Shown here one piece after another: positions 23,653-36,545 of a stretch of DNA of 37,550 nt (positions within the stretch are counted from its first letter, which is position 1; every line of letters starts with the position of its first letter). The notes under the pieces are model-generated. The model did no database searches. It was not told the DNA's origin and worked only from the letters and a program-made list of their open reading frames with translations. The DNA is from Conidiobolus incongruus B7586 (Eukaryota), in the NCBI GenBank assembly GCA_000697335.1, contig JNEM01009310.1:1-37550 (forward strand), given 5' to 3'. A program made the translations under genes and the position numbers.

Positions 23653-26613
23653 TTATGCCATATGGATAGGTTGGTTACCATTAGTCGTAGTAGCGGGCGT
23701 AATAGGAGGAAGGGTTGGTCCCGGTTCGTTCGGTTTGGAAGGATCGGGTATCGTTTGGTGAATTTTGACAGAATTCGTATTATATTTGAAGATGCTTGAC
23801 CATATGAAAATTTTGGCAAATTTTATAGGTCGTCCATATTGATTGTAGATGGGAAGGTATTGATAGCCTAAATTATAGTCATTATTTAATTAAATATAAA
23901 ATATTGAATTGTGTGAGGTGTAACCTTGATTCAAATGACTTAATTTTATACAAAAGGTACCAATCAAAGTATTGAAAGTTGTTTGATTAAAGTGCGATAC
24001 TTTAAACCTAAAATAACGAGTTAATACTGTTGTTATTAAATAGTGATAGGATTATTACCTTAAGAAACTCAAATTCAAATCACCTACTGAAAATTGAAAT
24101 TTTTGACCAAATTTAGGATTGAAACCATTATTCTTGACAACTCGAGACTTGTAGGAGTATCGAACCATACTGCTGACCACATCGTCCCTGCCTTGGTTCA
24201 TATTATGGGTTAAAAATGGCGGATACTCGTTCAAATCCTGCTTGCCATCGTTCAAGACAACCGTCTGGGTGCCTGCATTGAATGCTAATGTAGTGTTATG
24301 AGTCAGTAATTCCACTTCAATGAAGGGATCGAGCTCATCCGCAGAGTTCATTCCGTTTTTGGGATTTTGAAGGTGATGACATGAGATCAAATGCAGGTCG
24401 ATAATATATTTGTGCTCGGTAGATTCTGTATCAATGAGCTTTTGGGAGTGGCGCATGTAACTTGGTTTTAGGACATAACCTCCGCCTTGGTTGATGGGGA
24501 ACATTGCGCGATTCAATTGCATCCCAAGATCGAAATTTTGGAAATTGAGAGCGACAATTTGACTTCCGAGCAACCAGAATGCTAAAGGATTGAAATTAGA
24601 AGAGGTAAATCTGTTGCCAGCTGGGTAAATTCTCGTTAAAAGTTTGTTGTTCATTTGATTAAGAAGCTTCGCATTGGTGGGGTAGGATTCAGCAGCGTCC
24701 ATCAACTTATGGATGCTACTCTCGCTGATTGAAACGATGTTATTGTATTTGCCAGTTTCTTAAGCAAAAATTGATCAATTATTTATGTTAACTTGGTTAA
24801 CAAATTAAGTTACCTAAAGTTTGCTCGAGCCCTTTAAATTTGTAAGCTTGGCAATATGGATTGATTTCTGCCAATTTGGAAGAGATTTTATTACTTGTAG
24901 AGCGAGCTCGGTTCAATCCTTCACCACCTGTCTTTTCAGGTTCATTGATGATTGGAGAAGCTGGATCTATTTAAGGTGTTAATAATGATTTAATAAGGTT
25001 TAAATAGCTTTGAATGTAATTGTACCTGAAAGTGAAAGATTCTCCATAGGACTCTCTGGAGGTGATGGTGTCCTATATACTTCACCTTCTCCAGTAGGTG
25101 ATGCTGGTTTTTGTGTTTGGTTAGGAATTGAGTAATTACCCACAGAGCACTGTTATTAAGAAATGAATAACATGTTTAATTGTCGATTAGAGTAAAACCT
25201 TACCTTAATCAAAACTTTATATTTAAGCTGCTCAGGAGAAGGAAGTTTTGGATCTCCATGAATTTCTGACTGGTTCTCGAGCGGTGAACGACAGAGCTTA
25301 TCTCCTAAAATTTCAACTAAATGCTTCACCATGACTTCTTGTTGGACAAGATTGCAATGGTTTTCCAAAGACAAAATCACTGGATAGGGTGACGTATCAA
25401 ATGCATGTTCAGAAATCGCAGAGATAATGTCTTTGAAAAGGATTTTAGAGGTCAAAGTATAGCCGTGATAGACAACTGGCTCATTATTAGGACCATCCCA
25501 GCAGTCAAGCTCAACGCATCGGCAGCCATCTTTCAACGCATTAATATAGGCAGAGACAGACGATTGACTCTTGAGCTGATTTCCAGTGAGGTAAGTGTTG
25601 TGAGATGAATTGATAAAGTAAGAGGTGAGCGGTTGAGTCATATCCTGAGTATTTTCGTTCAGTTCATTGGAAAAAGGATTATATTTAGGACTAGCTAAGA
25701 AATTGAGGAATTGAGGTAAATTAATTCCAGGAGCTTCTTCTCCACGTAAACTCAAAAATAAATTTTCAACATATTCATCATCATATTCAGCGGATTGGGA
25801 ATATTTCAAAAAGTCTTTAAATTCTCCTAGTGTCATAAATTTGGAAGGATATTCTTTGGTGTGAGTGTTAAATATTTTGGCTACTTCAGGATGAGGATTT
25901 AACTGTTGGTACAAATTTTTTAATATATCTAAAGATTGACTTGATTTCTTTTCTTTGACATTAACCTAAACCCAGTTTAGTTAAATTAATCAATTATATA
26001 GATATTGATATGTGAATAGTACCTCATACAAATTTCTAGCGACGTCATCATCTAGCTTGACTCCCATGAAACTGATAAACTTCTTAAATTCTTTAAATTC
26101 AAGGATTCCATCTCGATTTGTGTCGCAGTGAGTCCAATAGTCTTTGATCCAAGTCTTTAAGCCGGCTTCAAAAGATTCATGCAACTCGCTTTCCTCAACG
26201 CCTGCCTCCTGCTGCATCTCTGTCATCATATCCTCCAGCGTTTGAGCCCAACACAGACCCAACTCGACACTGGGAGCAACCAAGTGCAAACTAGTGACGT
26301 TATCAGGATCATTTTTGGGTTTAACGTAGTATATAACCAAAGTTCTAGCCAAATCTTGCTGCGGTATATCTTGAACCGGACTAGTTACTACCAATTGATA
26401 AATTCTGGGATTGGTACCGAATTCAATTCTTCGAATCCACTCGAGATTAATCACACCAAGTTTGTTACTGTTCCACAAGATTCTTCCTTGATTAATATCT
26501 AATTTAAGTATTCTCTCTTTGGTGCCTCCTCTCGTAGTATTAAACTTAGTAAATTTGGTACCATTAATTAAAAAGTCAATATGAGATATTCTTGTATTGG
26601 CATAATCACTCAT
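23653..26613 (-). CDS. PLC1: Phosphoinositide-specific phospholipase C (delta-like; PH, EF-hand, X, Y, C2), 7 exons
   Basis: Exons 26613-26023, 25965-25204, 25149-25026, 24966-24814, 24758-24059, 24007-23925, 23867-23653. EF-hand DTNRDGILEFKEF; X box YFINSSHNTYL, CRCVELDCWDG, VYHGYTLTSKI, YPVILSLENHC; Y box TRIYPAGNRFTSSNFNP, VALNFQNFD; C2 DPFIEVE, NNGFNP, GYQYLPIY. Confidence 0.95.
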
Positions 26614-28873
26614 TTTTTAATACAAATTTATGTAATTTGATGTTTGATTTGGTGGGGAGGATATTATATGCGTTGAAATTAAGGGCTATGACCTTGAAAT
26701 GGAGTACTTATAAACCTTAAATTCTTTAAAATTATGGGATATTTAGCCTGTGAAAGTTGATGTTAGCTATCATTTTAAGACATTGACAGATCGTGAAACT
26801 TTGATGTAATGCTACGCTATTCATTGCTCAACCTAAACCAATGAATTAACTTGGATTTTTTTAATTAATCAGAATGGAGGAATTGTGGATTCAGCTTTAA
26901 CAAGTTATTCTAATAATTTCATTAAATTATTCAATTTAACCAGTGGAATTGTTACTGTGATAAGATATTGCACAGAGAGCAGCCATTCAATTTACAAGAA
27001 TTTCGTTATTAAGTTAGGTTATACCTTTTTGATATTATAAGATACTTTGTCAAAATTTTCCTATTTATTAATTACACTAAATTTTACATTGAATCCACTT
27101 TACATTTCTAATTCCTTATTATTATCATGGATTTGAGGATAGCTTTGGATCTTTGATATTGTAAATTATGAAAGGAAGAAATCGTCATATGATTTACCAA
27201 GCCGATAATAATTACTTATGTAAAATTCAATTTTGACTTGTTTTCGTAATTAATTTGCTAGTTTACTTGATCTGACTCTAAATTTAACACTATATGAAAA
27301 ACTATGTAAAAGTCCCATTTAATAAATATAAAATTTGCAGCGTAAAGCTTTTGAAATATATTTATATGATATTATTGAATTTTATGATTTAAAATTTTTG
27401 AAAAATCTGTATTTATTGTGCTTAGATATTTTTCAATCTTGAAAAATTTTAAATAAACATTCAAGTTAAATATTAATACTAAATTGTAATTTGATAAATA
27501 ATTTTATATCAGTAAAATACATTCTATCAAAAAACATTAGTTTGATAAGATTGGTAATTAAAAGCATTGGATAAGATAAAATGATTAATGAGCTATTATT
27601 AATAGTCATAATCTCTTTGAGATTACATGGAACATAACAAGATTATAGATTAACAACCAAAATTCAGATGACAATATTTTAATAGGGCTGTTCTCTAGAA
27701 AAATAAGAATTCCGTCTAAATGAATATTTGTGAAATTTATAATGTGAAATATACTGATTTTGAAAATAATTAACTGGATTTTGAATTTTGATTAAAGTTC
27801 AATCAAGGTACAGTATAAAATTAAACATATTCTTTAGTGAATTAGTTATATTTCTATGTTTAATGGAATTAAAATAAAATTGTACAGGGATTTTGTTAAT
27901 AATTATAAAACATATTGTAACCAAATTGAAAGAATCATTATAGTATATAGTGATTTATTTTTGTTAAGTCTGATTAATCTAATATTGGATCCATATTTAA
28001 AATATAAGATATCTGTTGGTTGTTATAGTAAAAAGAGTAAATTTCCAAAATAATCAACTTCCTGGAATATTTTATTATACTGATATTTCAAAATATAGTA
28101 TGATTTAACTTGAATATTTACATTTATCAATTGATAATTTTATTAAATTAAGTGTTTTAATAAGAATATTTTTCTGATGTAAATTTCATGATATAGCGCC
28201 GTCAAGGATACTATGGAAATATAATTTATAAATGAGACAAACCATGAATTTTTAGCAAGTATTATATGTGCTAGATTTATTTGTATTATCTTATTCTATA
28301 TGTTAATGTTATGTGAAAGTACAAAATTTTAAAATACAGAATTAACATTTACCAAAAGATTTATATTGTAAATTTTTTACATTGAATACTGAATATGTAA
28401 AGTGGAAATTCTCATATCGAGAACATAAATTATCTTGAAGGGACTATGTTTTAAAGTTTGAACCTTAGTCAAATGAGTATTCTAGAATAATTAAGAAATC
28501 TTATTTTATTACATATTAGGCAATTTTGACGAATTACTCAAATTGATGATATATTAAATCGATTCTAATAGTTGATAATCAAAGAATACTGAAAATCAAA
28601 ATTTCAAAATTAAGGCAAATACAAACAAAAACATAGCAACTACAAATTAATTTATTAATATTTAATTCCATCTTATTTTTCAAAAGTTTCCACAAAATAT
28701 AGTTTTTATCAGATATAGGAAGGTTATTCGTGTATATACTTGAGGCATTGGGTGATGGTGAGCCAAATATAGATTGCCATATAATGGTATTCAAATATTG
28801 GGAAATTGTATAGAAAGGTAATAGTTTACAAAATGGAAGGTTTCAGGAATAAATAGCTATGTTGAATTCAGTC

Positions 28874-30061
28874 CTAATCGATTGATATCACATCGGTAGC
28901 TACATCTTCCTCAGTGATAGCATATCGACATATTGGACAAGTAGCATTTAATTTGAGCCATGATACAATACAGTCAGAGTGGTACTCGTGCTCGCAGGGA
29001 AGACTTATTAGCATATCGCCAGCGTTGAAATTATCAGTACATATACTACACTCAGTTTTACTTAACTGATCTTTCTCCGAGGCGATTCGTTTGGATAAAT
29101 TATTAATAACATCTTCAGATGCACCTCGGTTCGCAGAATTATCGGAGCCGTGTTCCATTAAACGTGTGATGATGTCATCTAAAGCGTTTGGTCCAACTGC
29201 ATAATCACCAGGATTGCCAACCATATTGGAGAGAAATTGGAGCAGGGAGCCTACATTTCTAAATGCGTTATTGGATCTATTCTCTTCTTGAGATGGGCTA
29301 TAAGTGAAGGATAAGTAAAGATTAAATAAAAATAACCAAAAGTGCGCTAGTTTTACTTTGCATCTGCTTGTGAAATAGTAGCCGAATTACCATTAATAGT
29401 GAGAATAGTAGTCCTTGGAGCATTTCTCGAGCGTGGCTCACCTAATTCTAAGTTAGTAATAAATATACTATTCAAGAAATTAAATATTACCATCTATTTG
29501 TTCTGTAGTTGAACTAGTTTCGGATTGATTCTCGCCAGAATTCATAATTAAATTAATGAAATTCAGGAAAGATTCTACTCTCGAGTCTTGAGAATGTTCT
29601 TCGGGCTCGTTATTAATTTCTTCGATAGTAGTTTCAACAGAGTGAGTTCCGTCGCTATTAACAGTAGTAGTAGTCGTAGTAGTCGTAGTAACGAAGTCGC
29701 GGTTATGTACACTATTTTCTCTACTGATATTGGAACTTGTATCGTTTCTATTTTCGCCATTCGCCAAATTTTGAATTTGGGACAGTAACTGAATTAAAGA
29801 ATTTACACCACTTGAACCTCCTCCAATAAGTAAATTTTCATCTTCTTGCTCGCTACTACCTGGATCCATAAAATCTCTCGGATCGTTACCTTGAATAATC
29901 TTTAAAATAAAAAAAAATCAGAAGATTAGAAATTTTTATAATGCTTTTACCTCTTCAACAAAGTCATTACGACACCAAGGGCAAGTAGGGTTAGGAACCA
30001 TTAGAGGAGAAATTTCTAATTGACATTGGTAACACCAGTAATTATTTTCATTATTTGGCAT
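28874..30061 (-). CDS. RNF115/RNF126-like RING-H2 E3 ubiquitin ligase, 4 exons
   Basis: Exons 30061-29951, 29899-29491, 29441-29357, 29297-28874. N-terminal zinc ribbon YWCYQC...TCPWCRNDFVEE; GNPGDYAVGPNALDDIITRLME; RING-H2 CSIC...LPCEHEYHSDCIVSWLKLNATCPICR. Confidence 0.92.
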
Positions 30062-30954
30062 GTTTTTAAAATTATTTCAACTTAATATTTTTAAAATTAA
30101 ATAAATAATTATTATTAAAAACTCAGAATTAATAATAATAATAATAATAAAAAATTGATTTGAATTATGCTTTAAATTCTGCTTTATTTTCAATTGAACT
30201 TTTTAATTCTTATGGTATTAGAATTATCTTTATCCATTATATTTGTATTTATCAAATGGAGTATTTAAAAAATAACTTGATTATAGTTTTTTAATATTTA
30301 ATGCTCTCAAAGTACTTAATATATTTTACATAATGTTATTATTGTTAATATTTTTATCCAATTAATGATATAGATTATTTTTATCAATTAAAAGATTGAT
30401 ATAATAGTTGATAAATTATAAAAGATCGATCATTAATCCAAGCTCTTCAAATAATGTCAAAGATCATTACAAGATTATCATAAAATGGAAAAAATCTAAC
30501 TTTTAATGATGATTATCTTCTTTTCATATACTAGATTTAATCAGCAGAATGTCTTATATCGATTGTATATTAAATACTTGTCAGGTTATTTATTTATTTA
30601 TTTACAAATTAATATTTATCATTTTATCAATAATCTTCAAATCAACACACAATTCTCCACATACAATGATATAATTTCCCCAAGTAAATTGAAAATATCC
30701 CATAAAGTTTAAAAAAGTCACCTGAGAATCGAATTTGAGCAACTAATAAAATTGAAGTCGAATATCATCGGCGTCATCAATTGGGTGACTTGGTTTTAAT
30801 TACCCCTTTTACAAAAATTTATTCCAATTAGCTGTTTGATATCACTCTGCATTCAATAATCTATTCATATTACTACAACTTATTAAATATCAGTTTATCA
30901 CCTCTTTTACCTACCCTTTTAGTATTAATCATTCATTATATTTAAATTTTGAAA

Positions 30955-32440
30955 ATGAATTGGTTGAATATGAAATATTTTAATTTACTAACTTGTAGTT
31001 TGTTATTAGCTCAAGACTATCCTAGGAAGCACGATTATAAATTTTCTGCAAAGAGACCCTTTTTTATAGATAATAAAATCCCTAGTTGGGAAACCTTTGA
31101 AGGTAGGTTTTATGATTTATTGATTAAGCAGTCCCACTGATAAATAATAGGTACTCTTTCATCGAATCAGCTTATCAGATTAAGTACAAGTGTACCTGGA
31201 AGTCGAGGTTCTTTCTGGTCTACTGAGCCTAATCCTTACAAAGATTGGGAAGCTATATATTCTTTCCAAATTACTGGTAGAGATGTTCATGGAAGAGAAG
31301 GTTTGGCCTTTTGGTATACTGAGGAGCGTGGAGTATTGGGACCTATAATGGGTAACCAGGATATGTGGACTGGCTTAGCCATTTTCCAAGACACTTACGA
31401 CGATCTTTATCAGGTAAACCAATCAATTTTATTCATCTGACATTTTATATTTATTTTGATAGTCTCCCCATCCATTCATTGCAGGTATTTTGAATGATGG
31501 AAATCTTTCAGTCGCAAATTCGTCTCAAGTATTCGAAAAAATGTTTGGTGGATGTTACCAAAATTTCAGAAATACTCCCAACCCAGTATTCGTTAAAGTC
31601 ACTTATAAGAATAATCAGCTCTCTCTTTCCACTGATGTTGATCAAGGTGGTAAAAGTTATTTACCTTGTTTTAGTGCCAATAACATTGAACTACCTACTG
31701 GTTACTACTTTGGCTTTTCCGCTTCTTCAACTCAACCAGCAGATGATCACGATCTGTTATCTTTTGACCTTTATGACTTGAATCCTCCTGATTATGAAAA
31801 GGAAGAGGCAGAATCTGTGTCCACTGAGGATGGGGAAACCACTGCTGCCGATCTCCGCAAAAAGATGGACGAGATTAAGTCACACTTAGACAAGATGAAC
31901 CAGCAGGGCCAACAACAGAGTACTATTACCAACCTTGACCAAGTGATTCAAGCTCAAAATAAGCTAACTGAATCAATCAATTCGATTCAATCCAAGCTTG
32001 ACCAAATTCAGGCCAAATTGAATACTATCAGCACTACTGGCGGCACTTCAGGAAGTGCAATTCCAAACAATGCCAATAATATTCCTTCTTCTTTCGCAAA
32101 CGGCAATATCCAAGGCGAAGGTAATTTGAATGACGTCACTAGAACCCTCAATCTCGTTCACGATCTTGTCAAATCCATCAACGATCAGATATCCAGTTTG
32201 AAATCTACTGATACCAAAGAATTCGACACTGTCAAGCAGTCCATTACCCAGCTGGCAACCAATGTTGGGAAGATTTTGCAAAATTCTCACTCCGACAGAA
32301 TGAACTTCATGGGCAGGATTGATAGCTTAATCTCTAAATTGACCTATCTATTAGTCCCTCTCGCACTCTGCGGTATCCTCATCTCAGCATACAGCTTTTT
32401 CAAGAGCAAGAACGATGCATCATCCAAAAAATTCATATAA
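30955..32440 (+). CDS. L-type lectin ER-Golgi cargo receptor (Emp46/Emp47, ERGIC-53/LMAN1 family), 3 exons
   Basis: Exons 30955(or 30970)-31102, 31151-31413, 31463-32440. Signal peptide-like start, HDYKFSAKRPF, IRLSTSVPGSRGSFW, GLAFWYT, GLAIFQDTY, LPTGYYFGFSASS...DDHDLLSF, coiled-coil stalk, TM helix and C-terminal KKFI dilysine signal. Confidence 0.92.
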
Positions 32441-33027
32441 TTTCTTATTAACTTTGCTATAGTCGAAATAAATTAGCTGAATTTATTCCAGCCATTGTTA
32501 GCTCTATCATAAATTGGAATCAATTAAGAGTATTGATGGATTTGAATTGTAAATTTGATCATATTGGAACCATATTTTGTATATATCAGTTAATGAATTT
32601 AATAATCTTGGAAGTTTAATCAAATCTAAATTTTTATTGTAAATTAATATAAATATTCATATCATTTGATATATCATATTTGTATCATTCTTTAAATCTA
32701 GTCTATTTTTACAAATAATTTTAATTTATTCCAAAATTATTTTGTGTATTAATAAAATTAAAATAAAAACTAATGGAAATTTTGTATTCAATCTCAAATC
32801 CTATAAAATGAATATATCCATTTTCTCTTATATTAAGCATTATTGAATAACATATAAAGTTATTTTGTAATAATTTTCATATCCGCAAATTATTAATACT
32901 TAAATTTATATCGATATTTAATTTACGATTGTAACATATAATGTATTATAAAATTTACATCATATTTAGAATTTCTATTTAAAATAATGTTCTATTTCAT
33001 GCTAATGTAAATTTAAATTTTAATAAA

Positions 33028-34159
33028 TCAATCGTCATTGGGTGCTTTTGAAGGCCATGTTGGGAACATTGAAGGATCTTTAGGTAATGGAGCTTCCCTA
33101 AAAAATCAAATAATTAACATATATATTGTATAGTAGTGATAAAACAAATTACTTGAAATAGGGATGATTTAAAGCTTCTTTAGCTGTGATTCTTTGTTCT
33201 GGATCATATGTTAGCATTCTGTCTAATAAGTCGAGTCCGCTCTTTGTCAAGTGTGGAAATTTGGATGGTAAATCGTAGCTAGTAATTGAATATTATTAAT
33301 AAAGCAATTTTTATAATATATTAATGGAATTGATTACCCATAATTTTGAAATTTAACTGATTTGGGAACAGGTAATTCGTCAAATTGTGGCCATATTTTA
33401 GAGTCTGGTGTACCTAAAACTTTAAAAATCTTTTAACAATATTAAAATAGCTGTTCCATGATGAGGTTAATTTAGGATTACCTTATTCAATTGATCAATC
33501 TCACCTTGACCAGGGAATATGGGCTCATGGTTAATTAATTCACCGAAAATACATCCAACACTCCACATATCCACAGCTGTAGAATAAGTTTTAGCACCCA
33601 GGAGTAACTCAGGAGCTCGATACCATAACGTTACAACCAATTGCGTCATATCACCCAAAGGACTACCATACTTGCGAGCCAAGCCAAAATCTGCGACCTT
33701 AATTTCTCCATTATTATTCAATAACAAGTTGGAAGTCTTCAAATCTCTATGAATAATCCAGTTTTCATGCAAAAAATCAATAGCACTCAAAAGCTGTAGC
33801 ATAATGGTCTTCACCTCCGAATGCAAAAATTTGCTCGGCATCTTATTTAACAGATGCTTGAGTTCATGCTCAATAAACTCCATGACAATATATACATCGT
33901 CCAATTTGTTACCTATTACAATTTCTTTGATATTGACGATATGGGGATGGTCCAGCAGAAGTAGAGTGTGAATTTCCCTCAACGAGGTAATTGGGAAGCC
34001 CTGGGTCTCTTTCTCGAGTTTTAGCCGCTTTAAAGCGACTATTTCACCAGTGTTCAAATCTTGTCCCTTGTACACGATACCGTAAGCTCCTTCCGATATT
34101 CGATTGATTTTTTTAAAGTTGCTAATATGTCGACATTTTTGTATTTTCATTTGATTCAT
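33028..34159 (-). CDS. CDK11: CDK11/PITSLRE-family cyclin-dependent kinase, 4 exons
   Basis: Exons 34159-33482, 33429-33338, 33278-33153, 33097-33028. GFPITSLRE cyclin-binding helix, [32 protein letters not shown]-terminus [22 protein letters not shown]. Confidence 0.93.
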
Positions 34160-35507
34160 TAATGTTTTTTGATGATATTTAGTTTTTTGAAATAATTATA
34201 TTTACTAAATGTTAATTTTAATTTTATTTTGAAATGCACCTCAATTTAGATTTTTTATAATAGTTTATCAAAATTTAATATTATGGGAATTTTCAGACAA
34301 ATTGGTTGAATTAAATTCAAGTTTGTTTAATAAAATAGAATTCGATTTTTTTTGAATACTTGTATATTAACGAAATTATTGGAACATAGAAATTCGATAA
34401 TTTAAAACCTTAGTTATACAAAACTGTATAAATATATATATCTTGTATTAATTAGTTTTAGAGTAGTATTTCTTTGTATTGACCTTAATTTTATCATGTT
34501 CTAGCAAATCAATTCATTTGAAATCTTATATTTCAAATTGAATTAAAATTATCAAATTACTAATATTCTAATATGGTTAATGATATTCAAATAATATTGT
34601 TATTTTCAACTTCAAAATTAATATATGTTTAGAACTGAAACCCTGTTATTTCATTCTAGTTTAATACATTCAAGATATATTAACTTTGGTACGATTCATT
34701 CAATGATTATTTTTCAAAATCTAGTACATCTCTTTATTTTGATATTATTAGATCTCTCAAAAAATGGATAATTTAGAAAACTATTTTATTCAACCCTATG
34801 ATATGTAAAAAATCATTTTTAAATTTGTTATCTTTTCAAATACAACATATTTATCTAAATCAATCAATTAATGAGATGTTAATGTTAATTTGAGGTATTT
34901 CAATACAGGTTAATACATTTATATATTCTTAATTAAAACACAGATATTAAAATATATTCTGTAAAATAAAATGGTTAATTAAAAATATTTTATATGGAAT
35001 AATATTCAGTTTGTTCTAATCACTGAGTATTTGTCAATTTTAGTCTGGAAGTAAATTGTGATAAATTATAATAATGCAAGCATTAATATATATAATTAGG
35101 ACTATTATAAAATAAATTTTATAATTCAATATAAAATTATCAAAAAATTAATTCAATATTAGAAAGTTAAATTTATCATAAAAACTAATAATATATTTTA
35201 TTTACTAATTTGAAATCTAAAATATAATAAAATATATGACTGAATTGATAGTAAACATATGGTTAGCTCTATATACCAAATTTATTAATATCCTAATGCT
35301 CAGCTAGAGTCCTAGCTAATTGATTCTTATTAGCCTTAAATTTAATTTATTCAAATTATTGCATAATCCCAGTTTTATTTAAAATATTATATGATTTCCT
35401 GAAATGAAGTTTTGATTTATAAAATTGAATATATCTATATTCCTAATTATAATTTCAATGAAAAATTAACAAAGTTTAATAATTTAATATAAAATATAAT
35501 GCCAGAC

Positions 35508-35855
35508 TGTCACGTATCTACCCAATTAGTCCATATATATTTACCTTTAATATCAGTTTACCCATAATTTATCTCTTATTCTACTTTCCCTTAAATTGAT
35601 CCATTCTTATCCCAATATCAAAAGGGGAAATACAACAGGGATCTATCTATCTATTCATTCATCCAGTCATCTATCTATTCACTCATCCATCTATCCAACT
35701 ATCTATTTATCTATCTATCTAAAGGAAACTAACTCCAAGTCTTTGTCAAGAACTTCCAATAAAACTCCATATAACTACATCCTAATCCTATAACTTATCC
35801 ACACTCCAACTTAATTCAATACAATTATCCTAGTTTCCAGCACTAGGATAATACA
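35508..35855 (+). repeat. 5' LTR (348 bp, TG...CA)
   Basis: TGT...ACA termini, AATAAA at 35758-35763, PBS immediately downstream. The 5' boundary cannot be confirmed without the 3' LTR; the candidate 5-bp target site is CAGAC (35503-35507). Confidence 0.7.
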
Positions 35856-35866
35856 TGGTAGCAGCG
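35856..35866 (+). promoter_or_regulatory. Primer-binding site 1 (initiator tRNA-Met type)
   Basis: TGGTAGCAGCG is complementary to a tRNA 3' end CGCTGCT-A-CCA, implying an A1:U72 acceptor stem characteristic of eukaryotic tRNAi-Met. Confidence 0.8.
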
Positions 35867-36287
35867 AGACTCACGTCTCTCCTATTCCAACCTAAAATCA
35901 AAAAATAATATAATATATATTTTATAACCTCTTCATTAAATCTCAATCTTCCATTACATCTTTTCTCTTCTCATTTCTTCTCATCTATCCTTATCTCTCC
36001 TTATCTCTTATTCTACTTTCCCTTAAATTGATCCATTCTTATCCCAATATCAAAAGGGGAAATACAACAGGGATCTATCTATCTATTCATTCATCCAGTC
36101 ATCTATCTATTCACTCATCCATCTATCCAACTATCTATTTATCTATCTATCTAAAGGAAACTAACTCCAAGTCTTTGTCAAGAACTTCCAATAAAACTCC
36201 ATATAACTACATCCTAATCCTATAACTTATCCACACTCCAACTTAATTCAATACAATTATCCTAGTTTCCAGCACTAGGATAATACA

Positions 36288-36298
36288 TGGTAGCAGCG
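36288..36298 (+). promoter_or_regulatory. Primer-binding site 2 (duplicate)
   Basis: Same TGGTAGCAGCG after the second, 5'-truncated LTR copy (36001-36287). Confidence 0.8.
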
Positions 36299-36545
36299 AG
36301 ACTCACGTCTCTCCTATTCCAACCTAAAATCAAAAAATAATATAATATATATTTTATAACCTCTTCATTAAATCTCAATCTTCCATTACATCTTTTCTCT
36401 TCTCATTTCTTCTCATCTATCCTTATCTCTCCTTATCTCTTATCTCTTCTTATAACCTTTTCTCCTATCTCATCTCTCCCTATCTTTTACATTAATTTAC
36501 CTCTGCTCTCTTGATTATATTATAGTTCATTTAGATAAAACCGAT

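Larger units (their letters stand above)
35569..36443 (+). repeat. Direct tandem duplication, 432-bp unit, apparently identical copies
   Basis: 35569-36000 matches 36001-36432 by eye. The 11-nt TTATCTCTTAT occurs at 35569, 36001 and 36433. The identical 65-aa ORFs in the track are offset by 432. Confidence 0.95.

Noticed and set aside
30963..30998. Possible 36-nt intron in the lectin signal peptide (CTAAC...TAG)
   Set aside because: Weak donor, shorter than the other introns here, and removal would destroy the signal peptide; the frame is open without it.
35596..36225. Two identical 65-aa ORFs
   Set aside because: TTG-started translations of LTR microsatellite-like sequence, duplicated by the 432-bp repeat.
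35640..36443. Repeats as a CRISPR-like array
   Set aside because: Eukaryotic context, no repeat-spacer structure and no cas genes; explained by the LTR duplication.
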